Shown piece by piece: positions 41,839 to 52,173 of a DNA stretch of 64,000 nt (position 1 is the stretch's first letter; every line of letters starts with the position of its first letter). The notes beneath the pieces were generated by a model that saw nothing but the letters and a program-made list of their open reading frames with translations, searched no databases and was not told where the DNA came from. The DNA comes from Histomonas meleagridis 2922-C6/04-290x. Lineage: Eukaryota > Protista > Parabasalia. A program made the position numbers and the translations under genes. The stretch spans positions 62,001 to 126,000 of the forward strand of contig JAANOX010000081.1 in NCBI GenBank assembly GCA_020184695.1. Direction: 5' to 3'.

Positions 41839-43225
41839 ATCGGATATATCAAGCATGTTTTCACTTGTTTGAGTAACAAAGACACGATAACAGGAATAAT
41901 GCTTTTTATAAACAAAATTAGAATATGAATTGAGAGTTGAAGAATAAATAAAAAAAAAAATAGACAAATTGCGATTTATTATCTTACAAACCAACGTTGT
42001 CATCTATGATATCAACATAACTATCTAACATACTGAGGTACTAGGTGAGATATTGCATGTTCTTTTTTACTTTCCAAGTCCTTTGGTGGGTTCGACCACG
42101 TATTTGATTTCTAAAGAATGGGTGACAATAATTTCCTATGAACAAAATTCTTAGTAATTCCAAAAATAAACACTCTGTACATCAGTTAATTCACGAAAAT
42201 TCGGTATTTTTGGAATTCCATCGTAATGTTTTGCAAAAATGTTGTATGTATATTTCAATGCACGATGAGAATTTTTAATGTTTATTTTGTACGTTAAAAC
42301 AGAGATGAAAAAATTTTGCACTTTGAACAGGCAACCAAATTAACGGTCATTGAGATATAAAAATTATATATTATGGTATCATTAGGAAATTCAAGACTTT
42401 TATCTTCAACTAAATATCCTACCATTAGAAGAAATGTTGAATCATCCCAATTAACTTAGTAAATTTTCCTTCTTGTATCTTATTATAATTTTAAACGGCT
42501 TCACCATCCGACCAGATAGACTCAAATAATAATATTGAAAAACGTTACGATAAGATTTTTATAATTTCAAGATATTTGAGTTAATGAATCATATAGACAA
42601 TGGATATATGATATCAAGGAGATTTATTCAGCCATTCTGAATGAACAAATTTTGTTCGTTTTTGAGATCACGTTCAAAAAGTTGGAATTCCTCAAATGTC
42701 GAGGCACCCTAGAAAGTTTCAAATACCCACGGGCATATCTTTTTGAATTGAATTTAAGCGGGCAAAATTTTTTGAAAAAAATCGTAAAGTACTTGTTACA
42801 TCGCCAGGTTTACCTTTTTTTCTCGATCTATGATATCATATAAAATACTGATAATGATGGTACAATGTAAATACATTTATTATCAAATTTCATAATAATT
42901 TTAAAGAATATTCTTATCATTTCAAATAAATATTTAATATTCTTTATTGAATTAGATATTTAACTAAGCCAAATGGATTTAGCTGAACTTAACAACAAGT
43001 TATAATTTTTTCACTACACATGTTTAAAGATGATGTTCCAATAATAGAGACATGTGATGAAGGTTTGAATAATCAGTCAACATTTTTGGAAACGCTTGTT
43101 GGAATTGACAAAACGATTGGATATCCAATTTGACTGAAGAAAATTTCTTGACATCAGTTCAAAAAGTATCAAGGTTATTCGATTCAAATTTCCCTGATAC
43201 GTTTAATATGATTATAAGTAAATTA

Positions 43226-43329
43226 AAGTGGTTGCAGAAAGTTTCCCAACGATAGAATCGAATGAATGAAAAATCATCGGATTTATATTCAAAAACTGAA
43301 GTGTTTGGGAAACCTTTCTGCAACCACTT
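43226..43329. mobile_element. 104-bp MITE with ~25-bp TIRs and TA flanks (Tc1/mariner-type)
   Basis: TA|AAGTGGTTGCAGAAAGTTTCCCAA ... TTGGGAAACCTTTCTGCAACCACTT|TA. Confidence 0.7.
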
Positions 43330-43497
43330 TAGTTTATAATGCATTATTATCAAAAAAAATGCATTTGATATTTACTTAAATTTTTTAAAAGCACTTCAAA
43401 CAAAAGAACATGAAATTAATCCAAGTATAGATAAACTAATTTTCATATTGCCAAACGTATATCTAAAATCAAAAAACAGAAAGCATATATTATAATA

Positions 43498-44690
43498 ATG
43501 CAAATGATTGAACAAAATTTAATTGATAAAAATATCACTAAAAATTTCCAATCACATTATTTGAGTTCAGAATATAGTTGGGAAGAAAGCAAAAACGAAA
43601 ATTATAATAATCCATTTATTTCAAATAACGAAGATCTTTCAACGAAAAATATTAAAGATGAATATTCTTCAAATGATATTGTAGAAATTATTCGAAATGA
43701 TGAAATTGAAAAACTTCAAAAAATATCAACACAAACAAATTTTGATTTAATCAAACAATTGAACCATCGATTTTTGAAAGATGTAATTGTCTTAATAGAG
43801 GCAACATTACCAATAGAATTTCTTTAATTGATTTTGCAGCATTTATTGGGTCAGTTAAATGTTTTAAATATTTGTTAATAATGCTAATGTCAATGATACA
43901 GGTAAATATGCAGTTGCAGGTGGAAATGAAGAAATTATTCATTTATGTGAACAAAATCATTCATTATTTGATAATGCATATAAAACAGCGATCGAATTTC
44001 ATCGAAATGATATCTTTAAATATATTTATGAATATAAATTAGAAGAAACTAATTCATCTAAAAATCAGCTCCAAGGTTGGAGTAATATGCTAAATAATTT
44101 TAGTGTAAATGATTGAGTGCGCTTTTGTGTAATTGAAGATAACTATGAAATTTTATTATTTTTTATCGAAAAAGGAATTAATGTTAATGATAATATTATA
44201 AATAAATCAGCAAGAAATGGAAATTTATATCTTGTTGAATATTTCCTTCAAAATAATCAAATTCCACACGACATTTTGATTTTTGCTGTAGAATCAGAAA
44301 TATTGAACTTGTGAAACATATTTTAGATAAAGGAATTGATGTTAATGGAAGAAGAATTTGTTTTAATCATTTTATATTTTAATTTAAAATATGGAAATTG
44401 TTTAAATTATTTGATACAGCACTTATAACTGCATCTGAAAATGGTTATACAGAAATAGTTAAATTACTTCTTAAACAAAAAGGAATTTATATTAATGCTC
44501 ATAATATATTAATGTATAATTTAGTTTTTATTTTAATAATTTTTAATTTCAAAATAATATTTGGAAATTGTTTACATTATTTTATACAGCACTTATGAAA
44601 GCATCTGAAAAAGGTCATACGGAAATTGTCAATTTACTTCGTGCACAAAAACGAATTGTTTTAATGCTAATGAAATTTATTTGCTTTATA
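43498..44690 (+). pseudogene. Decayed DUF3447-type ankyrin gene (locus 3) with two spacer-separated ankyrin blocks
   Basis: Fragments IIRNDEIEKLQKIS, AVAGGNEEIIHLCEQ and AIEFHRNDIFKY in shifting frames. Ankyrin blocks start at 44416 and 44586 (170 apart). Confidence 0.8.
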
Positions 44691-45064
44691 TTGGTTTTAT
44701 TTTAATAAAGTGGAGTTTCGAAATCATATAAACTTTTTTCTTAATCATTCAATATATAAATATATGTTTGTTATTTTATTAACACTATATTGTTATGGAT
44801 GCTTTTCAGTGAAATGTTCAAAGTTTTTGTCTTATTCATATAATCTTCATATTTTATAAAAAACTAATGAATATCTTTATGAATAAAAATAAAAATCCAA
44901 TGATTTTGTTATACGAGGTTGTAGCTTTATTTAATCTAACTATTTAGAACTCATAAGTTTCCTAAACATGAGTTTCTTGAACCCAAAACGCGAAAGGCAA
45001 AATCAATTTCAATTCAAAATTGAATGACAAAAATCCTGAATTTACAGAAAAAGCACACACTTTT

Positions 45065-45628
45065 ATGTCTGTGAAAACTATCAAAGTATTGCTCCAAGGA
45101 ATGTGTGGAACACAAACTGAATTGCAAATAAATCCACTCGACACAGTAGAAATATTGATCCCTATTGTAAAAGAAAATCATAAAGATAATGGATCAAGAG
45201 TACTTTTTTTCCATAATGGAAGGCCTCTTAATGTCAACTTCACATTCCTCGCACAGGACATTTGCGAAAATAGCAAAATAGTATATCTAGTTCAAAAAAC
45301 CATCAAAAACAAAACAAAACAAAATGATTCTTATAATCTTTTTCCTTTTGATCATATCAAAAGTCGTTTTCTTGTGGATATGTTTCATTCATATCTTCGA
45401 TCTAATGACTTGTATTACACAATAATTGATTCAAACAAAGATTCAAATTATTATTACCAAAAATTGTTAAGCCAAATGGAGAAAGAAGATCAACAATCAA
45501 AGGAAACAAGTGATGAACTTCCTTTAAACATAAATCCTGCTGAAGCAATATCAGATGAACCACTTCCAACTCTTTGGGAAGAAAAGCCAAATATCAAAAA
45601 GAATGACACAGATTCACTTGAGTCTTAA
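45065..45628 (+). CDS. Protein with an N-terminal ubiquitin-like domain
   Basis: IKVLLQG...ELQINPLDTVEIL...LFFHNGRPLN...QDICENSKIVYL. First ATG at 45065 (the track start is a TTG). Confidence 0.65.
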   Translation: MSVKTIKVLLQGMCGTQTELQINPLDTVEILIPIVKENHKDNGSRVLFFHNGRPLNVNFTFLAQDICENSKIVYLVQKTIKNKTKQNDSYNLFPFDHIKSRFLVDMFHSYLRSNDLYYTIIDSNKDSNYYYQKLLSQMEKEDQQSKETSDELPLNINPAEAISDEPLPTLWEEKPNIKKNDTDSLES

Positions 45629-46165
45629 TGTGTATTCGTTATTCCAATGATTTACACAAAGCTATTTTTTCTTATTTATTTTAACTTGATACCAATTTTT
45701 TAAACCAAACAAGGAGCATATCATTTACCGAGATATTTTTGCTGTTGCTATTGGTACTGAGTTGTTTTTTTTCAAGAAACAATTTCTTCAAATATAAACC
45801 ATCCAATTTTTTGTAAAGCATTTAATACATCATTGAGCTTGTTGTCACAACAATTTCCTATAATTTCGATTTTTCAAGAGTCGGAATTAAAGGGATGCGA
45901 TCCGATAGAAGAAAAAAATATCAGTGAATTTATTTCAATAACACATTCATCACATATGATTTAATCAAAATTGATTGCATATGAATATTTTCAAGATGTG
46001 GATTATACAGCGATCCTATAGCACTGGGTGGCTCGCACCATGGGATATAAATAGTAGTGGATTACCACTAAAACAAACATCAAAATAAACGGATTTTTAA
46101 TTCACTTTGTTTTTTTAAACGGCCGTTCCAAAAGAACGTTAATTTTTGTAAACGTACAAAAGTAT

Positions 46166-48106
46166 ATGAAAGAAAATCAGCAAAATGATCCTTTTAAAAC
46201 ACAAAAAGATAAGGGAAACCAATTGGACTTTATTGATGAGCTACAGTTCCGTTTGGAAATGTCTGAAGCAAGATATCAAAATTTACTTAAAAAATCTAAA
46301 GAAGAATATAATCAACAATATGAACACTTTTTAAAACAAATCTCAATTCTTGATGAAAAAGTCAATAAAGGAAATATGGAAATTGGCAATTTGCAAAAAC
46401 AATTAAAAACTGCAAAAAAAGATCTTCAACTATCACAAATAAAATGCAAAAATCAAGATGAATCCAATAGCACACTTATATCGAAGATTTTATCATATGC
46501 TTCTAATTACTTTAAAACATGTTTTGGATCAATTGATGAATTATTCATTTATTTGGAATCCAAACCTAATTATTATGAAACAATAATTTCTGAAAATGAA
46601 AAGCAAAAAGAAAAAATTATTCGTAAGCTAAAAAACGAAATTACAAAGAAAAATAAAGCAAAGCAAATAATTACTAATTTGCAAAATGATCTTGAAGCAT
46701 GTCAAAAAGAAAATCAATACAAAGTGCATGATATGGAAGAACAAATAGAAAAGCTAAACAATCAAATTCCTATTGTAATTCATCAAAAAGACAAAAAAAT
46801 TTCTTCACTTAAGAAAAAGATCAAATCAACAGCAAAACCAAAACTTGCAATAAATAGTCAGCCAACTATTTCAATTTTATCTTCACCTATTCAGACGAAA
46901 TTTGATTTTGATAATGAGTTAAAAAAGAAAATTAAGAAACAAAAGGAACAAATTTCATTTTTAAAGAATCAAAATGAAACAAATGAAAAAACACTAAATG
47001 AAATAATAACAAACAAACAAAATGAAATTGAACATATTTATTCTAAATTAGAAAATCAGAATCAAATAATTTCTAATTATGAAACAAATTTACAACAAAC
47101 AAAAGACAAAAATAAACTTATAAAGAAAACTTTTGAAGAATTAAAAATGCAAAACAATAATTTAACAACAAAAGTAAAGAAATTAAAATCGAAAATATAT
47201 TCATTGAACACAAAAATTAATGAAATTAAATCATTAAATAATTCTTTAGAAACAGATAATAGTAATCTTAAATCAATGAATGAAAACTTAAATCAGATAA
47301 ATAAAAATCAATTAAATCAAATAAAACAAATTGAAACAGAATTAAATGAAACAAAATATTTACTTGAAACGAATGAACTTAAGCATAACGAAAAATTGGA
47401 ATATGCAAATGACGAATATTTTACAATTGATTTGTTTTCACAATTTATTCCTTTAGATATAATTTCAAATATTAAACAAATTATTTCGAATAATGAAATA
47501 AAACATTCAACAAAAATCGAATTATTAATTAAAGTTATTTGTTCATATTATAATAAACATATCGAAAATGAACAAATTGATAAAAAGCAAATTATAGCAC
47601 GAATTGAATTTTATCAAAACTTTTTACAGAAAATTTGCGAAATCATAAATACAAAAATTAATTTTGTCGAAAATATGAATTATCAACAAAATTTAATTAA
47701 TTTAATTAAAGAAATATATAAAAATTCAAACGAATATAAAGAAACAAAAATGAAATTAGATGAATCAATAAAATTCTTTAATAAGCAACAAATGAAAATG
47801 CAAAACTTAAAAAAGCAAACAAAATATTTAGGAAAAGAAATTTTACATTTAACAAAATCTTATGAAGAAAAACAAAATGAAATAAAGTCTTTAAACATAA
47901 TGTTAAAAGAAGCAAAAGAAAAACATTTAACTGTGCAACAAAAATATGAAAAATTACAAAAAGACTTTTTGGATAGAATCGAAGATGCAACAAAAAGATC
48001 ATCCGAACACGATCAAAATATTATTCAAGAGTTAGAAAAGAGATGTTATGAGCAAAGAAATCAAATAGCATTGCTTTCGAATCAAGTTTTAATGAAATGC
48101 AAATAG
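46166..48106 (+). CDS. Long coiled-coil protein
   Basis: 646-aa K/E/N/Q-rich ORF with heptad periodicity. Confidence 0.7.
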   Translation: MKENQQNDPFKTQKDKGNQLDFIDELQFRLEMSEARYQNLLKKSKEEYNQQYEHFLKQISILDEKVNKGNMEIGNLQKQLKTAKKDLQLSQIKCKNQDESNSTLISKILSYASNYFKTCFGSIDELFIYLESKPNYYETIISENEKQKEKIIRKLKNEITKKNKAKQIITNLQNDLEACQKENQYKVHDMEEQIEKLNNQIPIVIHQKDKKISSLKKKIKSTAKPKLAINSQPTISILSSPIQTKFDFDNELKKKIKKQKEQISFLKNQNETNEKTLNEIITNKQNEIEHIYSKLENQNQIISNYETNLQQTKDKNKLIKKTFEELKMQNNNLTTKVKKLKSKIYSLNTKINEIKSLNNSLETDNSNLKSMNENLNQINKNQLNQIKQIETELNETKYLLETNELKHNEKLEYANDEYFTIDLFSQFIPLDIISNIKQIISNNEIKHSTKIELLIKVICSYYNKHIENEQIDKKQIIARIEFYQNFLQKICEIINTKINFVENMNYQQNLINLIKEIYKNSNEYKETKMKLDESIKFFNKQQMKMQNLKKQTKYLGKEILHLTKSYEEKQNEIKSLNIMLKEAKEKHLTVQQKYEKLQKDFLDRIEDATKRSSEHDQNIIQELEKRCYEQRNQIALLSNQVLMKCK

Positions 48107-48470
48107 TTTCAACTTGCACTATAATATTTTTATGTAAAATGTATGTTATTTAAAATTTTTAGATTCTTCATGTTTTTATATTTCATTTTTTATCGAATGC
48201 ATCCTGTAACTTGTTAGCGAACAACCATTAAAACGTTTAGATTTTTTTTGTCATTGTGCTTAATTCAGAGGAAAAAAGATAAAAAATGATGTATTATGAA
48301 ACTAAAATCAAAATGTTAACACACCACTCTACACCAAATGAATAAGTACATAAACATCTAATATTTTAATAAGACAAGAAAGCGAAAATTAATTTCCAAA
48401 AAATTGATATCATTTTACCACAAAAAATTAACGCATTTGTTTACAACAAGATTTAAGTAATATATATTTA

Positions 48471-49205
48471 TTAACAAACAAATAATTTACATGGGAAATT
48501 TTCAATGAGCGCATCTAAATTACAATAAACCGAAGGACCGTGAACAGCTTGCTGATGTCGTTTGCTTTGTCGATGCAAATCATCATCAACATTGAAGTGC
48601 TGTTTACAGATTGGACATAATTTCATTATCTTTCTAGGTGGTAAAATTACATTATTCTTTTCTTCTGGAAACCTATACACAAAAGGAGATGAAAGGCAGT
48701 CTTTTGCTACATGACAAATATTTAATTCTGGAAATGGAAATACATTTTTAAACACAGGTTGAAATCCAGGAGCTGCAATAACAACCAAGTATGCTTTTGG
48801 GTTAACAGGTTTTGGAGTATCATTAATTTTTTTAAGATGTACTGCCCATGGAATTTGAGATAATTGAATAGTTGGGGCACGCATAACTTTTTCTGCTGCA
48901 GCTAAAAGCCTTCCACCTTGCGTTCTTGGTTTTCTTATTATGTTCTGTCGTTTTTCTGTGATAATCAAATCATGTTTTTCTTGTTTTTCTTTGGATATTG
49001 ATGCACCTGAAACTGCCAATGTTGTTTCTACTGCATTTTTTATATTTTCATTTGGTATGTCTACAAATATTGAAAGCCCTTTAAAAAACATTGGACTAAT
49101 TATGTCAAAATTTGAAACTTCTTCTATTTTTGATGTATTCTTCGATGTTTTCTTTAACCTGGGCTTTTTTGCATTACACAAAAAAGGATCACTGCTCACT
49201 TGCAT
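48471..49205 (-). CDS. DBF4: Dbf4/ASK-like DDK regulatory subunit
   Basis: Motif N (BRCT-like FFKGLSIFVD...SGASI...DLIITE), motif M (YLVVIA...FQPVFK...PEL...SSPF) and motif C zinc finger (CPICKQHF...LHRQSKRH), in the correct order. Confidence 0.65.
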   Translation of the reverse strand: MQVSSDPFLCNAKKPRLKKTSKNTSKIEEVSNFDIISPMFFKGLSIFVDIPNENIKNAVETTLAVSGASISKEKQEKHDLIITEKRQNIIRKPRTQGGRLLAAAEKVMRAPTIQLSQIPWAVHLKKINDTPKPVNPKAYLVVIAAPGFQPVFKNVFPFPELNICHVAKDCLSSPFVYRFPEEKNNVILPPRKIMKLCPICKQHFNVDDDLHRQSKRHQQAVHGPSVYCNLDALIENFPCKLFVC

Positions 49206-50124
49206 GAAGGAGCGATCGAAGATTTTGATGCGAGGCGGGAACGATTAAAATACACACAAAAAAATGGAGTTCGTTTACTTTTTTCCGCCAATTTTTGCAT
49301 TTGAAGAATTTATTCAAGAATAATGATGTTTTATAATTTAATTAATTAATTAATAAATAGATTTGTTATTCATATAAGTGGGTATTATTAGAGCTAAGTT
49401 GAATTTTTGTTTCCCTTTATAGAAAGGTTATAAATGATGAACGAAACCTTAAGGCTGGCATCTTGAAAAATAGAAATTAAGAGACACACAAGTTTTTATA
49501 AAATACTGAACAATCTTGTGAATAAATTTTGGGACAATATGAGTTTTATCATTGAGATAACACATTATTAAGATTATGTATGTTAAGAAATAATGGATGG
49601 ATCTCAGATCTGAGATCTCCCTTAAATAAAAAATGTCTTTTCGTTATTTTGTAAATTTATAACTAAACTAAAGACTTATCTGAAAAACCAAATCATTTGG
49701 ATTCATAGTAAAACCCATTTTTATTACTTTGTATATTATTTCTATGTTAATTTTTTTAAGGAAAAATATTAAAAAATGAAAGCTCTGGACAAAAAATAAA
49801 AATATTATTTTGATCAAATGACCCTTTTTTGAATTATTCAAATTGATGACTTACGCAAGAAATTTGAGTTCATCTTTGGCGGTCATTCCACCGTTTGCAT
49901 TTGTGGCCGTTAAGTGTGAAAGTGGAAATTAATTTTGCTTTAGAGTTCACACTCGAAGATTTAACATATAAAACCATTTTGAAATTATCAAGCAAGATGT
50001 AAATACATAAAATAAAAAATATTATAAAAATCAAAATCATCAAATTTAAGATTTAATTGTAATAATTATATCTCGTAAAAACTCACGTCCAAATGAAAAA
50101 GATTTACTGTGGTGTCCTTATAGT

Positions 50125-50391
50125 TTAATGGTGATGTTGCATATTTTCTTCTTGAATAATATTTTCAAGATATACGAGCTTGTGCATGGCACGCTTGTGT
50201 GTTCCGAGGCGCTTCTTAAGGAAGGTACGAGCACTCTTCCTTTTTTCTAATTTGATAAGATCCATTGCACGACGTTCATAAGGAGACCAGCCTGCGAGTT
50301 CATGGATGACTTCACGGACGAACTTAGCGCGCTTGCCGCTTGATCCTTTCCTCTTTGTGTTCTTTGAGACTTGCTTTTCGGCACCTGACAT
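50125..50391 (-). CDS. RPL36: 60S ribosomal protein L36 (eL36)
   Basis: RKGSSGKRAKFVREVIHELAGWSPYERRAMDLIK...FLKKRLGTHKRA. Confidence 0.95.
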   Translation of the reverse strand: MSGAEKQVSKNTKRKGSSGKRAKFVREVIHELAGWSPYERRAMDLIKLEKRKSARTFLKKRLGTHKRAMHKLVYLENIIQEENMQHHH

Positions 50392-50427
50392 CTTCTAAAA
50401 AGGTAGGCCAAAACCGCCAAAACCGCT
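50392..50427 (-). promoter_or_regulatory. Two M3 motifs plus M5 core promoter of RPL36
   Basis: Sense strand reads AGCGGTTTTGGCGGTTTTGGCCTACCTTTTTAGAAGATG. Confidence 0.65.
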
Positions 50428-50725
50428 TCCCTTCCATCCACAAAAGGAAATTGTGATTAAATATCCACTATTTTAATGAAAAACAGATTGTATTTTAGTT
50501 AAATTATCTTCTGCATTGGTACGCTTTTTGTAAAAATCAAAAGAATCATATTATTTTGTTAATAATTTTTACAAAATGTTTTTGAATTATAGCATCAAAC
50601 ATTTAAGCCAGCTTGTTGTGTCACTAACTTTTGAAAAATTGTTGCAAATGTTTAATTATATTCGTTTTTTCATAAAAAACGAATATGTTTCATTTTGGGT
50701 AAACAAGGACGTTTACAAATTTGTA

Positions 50726-51832
50726 ATGAACTCTCTTCAAGAAGATCTAATAAATCATATAAAAGAAGGAATCGATTTTCCATATCTAGACCCATGTAAA
50801 CAACTTATTAAAGAAAATCTTGCAGCTTTTGTTGAGAAAGGCTTTTCAATGACATTATTTCTTACAGGTTCTGCTGGTTCAGGTAAAACTCACACACTTC
50901 GGAAAGCACTTAGTGAAGTTGATCTTAAAGAGTGTTGGGTTAAATCAATTGATTGTCGTCTTTTTTCTGATGATAGACCTGCTTGTAAAGAGTTTCTTCG
51001 CCAAATGGGAAAACCCACCTCATCGGCTGTTCTTGATGTTCTCCGTATCAGTGGCTCTGGAATTCTTATATTTGATCATTTTGATCAAATCAAAATCATC
51101 AAACGACAATTTTTTCTTTATACCCTTTTCGATTCTATCCACTCAGACTCCATTTCTCTATGTCTAATTTTAGTCACTTCATCACATGAGCCTTTAACTA
51201 ATCTTGAAAAACGTGTCAAATCACGCTGCTCTCCTATTTGCATTGAATTTCCATCCACCAGCGACTTCACATGTAAGACATTTCGTATGTTATTTGAATC
51301 TCCTTCTTTGACAAAACAATGGAATAAAAGTGTTCAAAATGCTCTTCGTCGTCCCGAACCTTTCGACAGAGTTTTCAGTCTTTCGCCATCACTTCATACA
51401 GCAATATCCTTTGCCCATGAGATCATATACAATATCAAAGGCCAAAGGATGACTTCTTCAGATGTTGAACAAGCATCTATTCGTATCATCGATTCTATTT
51501 GTCCTTTGCGTTTTTTAGATGGTCTTAGTCACCTCGAACTTATATTAACATTTATGAGTGTTTTCATGCTCACACAAAAAAGATGTAATGAATTTACATC
51601 AGAAGCTATGTATCAAGAGTTGAAAAGACAACTTAATTCATATCAATTAGTGAAAATGCTTACGCCAGAAAGATTCTCAGTTGCATGGGATAAACTTTTA
51701 TCAATGAGGATAATAGTGTGCGTTGGAAGAGATGCAACAAAAGTTACAACAACACTTTTTGAGGATGATATATTGCCATTCACAGAGAGATTACCAACAC
51801 AAGTGCAAGTATGGGCAAAGGGTTGGCAATGA
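50726..51832 (+). CDS. ORC4: Origin recognition complex subunit 4-like AAA+ ATPase
   Basis: GSAGSGKT, FDHFDQI...QFFLYTLFD (ORC4 QxLLYNLFD), LEKRVKSR (ORC4 arginine finger) and a C-terminal winged-helix-like region. Start placed at the third ATG. Confidence 0.8.
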   Translation: MNSLQEDLINHIKEGIDFPYLDPCKQLIKENLAAFVEKGFSMTLFLTGSAGSGKTHTLRKALSEVDLKECWVKSIDCRLFSDDRPACKEFLRQMGKPTSSAVLDVLRISGSGILIFDHFDQIKIIKRQFFLYTLFDSIHSDSISLCLILVTSSHEPLTNLEKRVKSRCSPICIEFPSTSDFTCKTFRMLFESPSLTKQWNKSVQNALRRPEPFDRVFSLSPSLHTAISFAHEIIYNIKGQRMTSSDVEQASIRIIDSICPLRFLDGLSHLELILTFMSVFMLTQKRCNEFTSEAMYQELKRQLNSYQLVKMLTPERFSVAWDKLLSMRIIVCVGRDATKVTTTLFEDDILPFTERLPTQVQVWAKGWQ

Positions 51833-52173
51833 GTTTGTATAATAAATTATAAAGTTGAGTTTATTGTTATGATATAATATATCTTACTATTAGAAATTTA
51901 TTGTTTTTGATAAGAAATTATATTAGCAAATACATAATAAATTGACTAAAATAGAATTATAGGTTAAAGTCCAATAATTATTTAATATATTCCAGTTTTA
52001 TTTATTTAAATTATCATACATGATATATTAGTATGGCATATGAATATAATGATTATTTATTACATATGTAATCAAATAATTTCTATAGAAGTATTATTTT
52101 AATTCAAAATTATTTTAAAACATTTCCTTTAAAATATTAAAAATAAAACGTAGCAAAATTTTTAATACAAAAA

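Noticed and set aside
42080-42102. tRNA T-arm-like GTGGGTTCGACCAC
   Set aside because: The loop and stem are too short, and there is no acceptor stem, D arm or anticodon arm.
46010-46060. Possible structured ncRNA (TCCTAT...GGTG...CACC...ATGGGA)
   Set aside because: Only short stems are present, with no snoRNA boxes or other family signature; this is compatible with chance.
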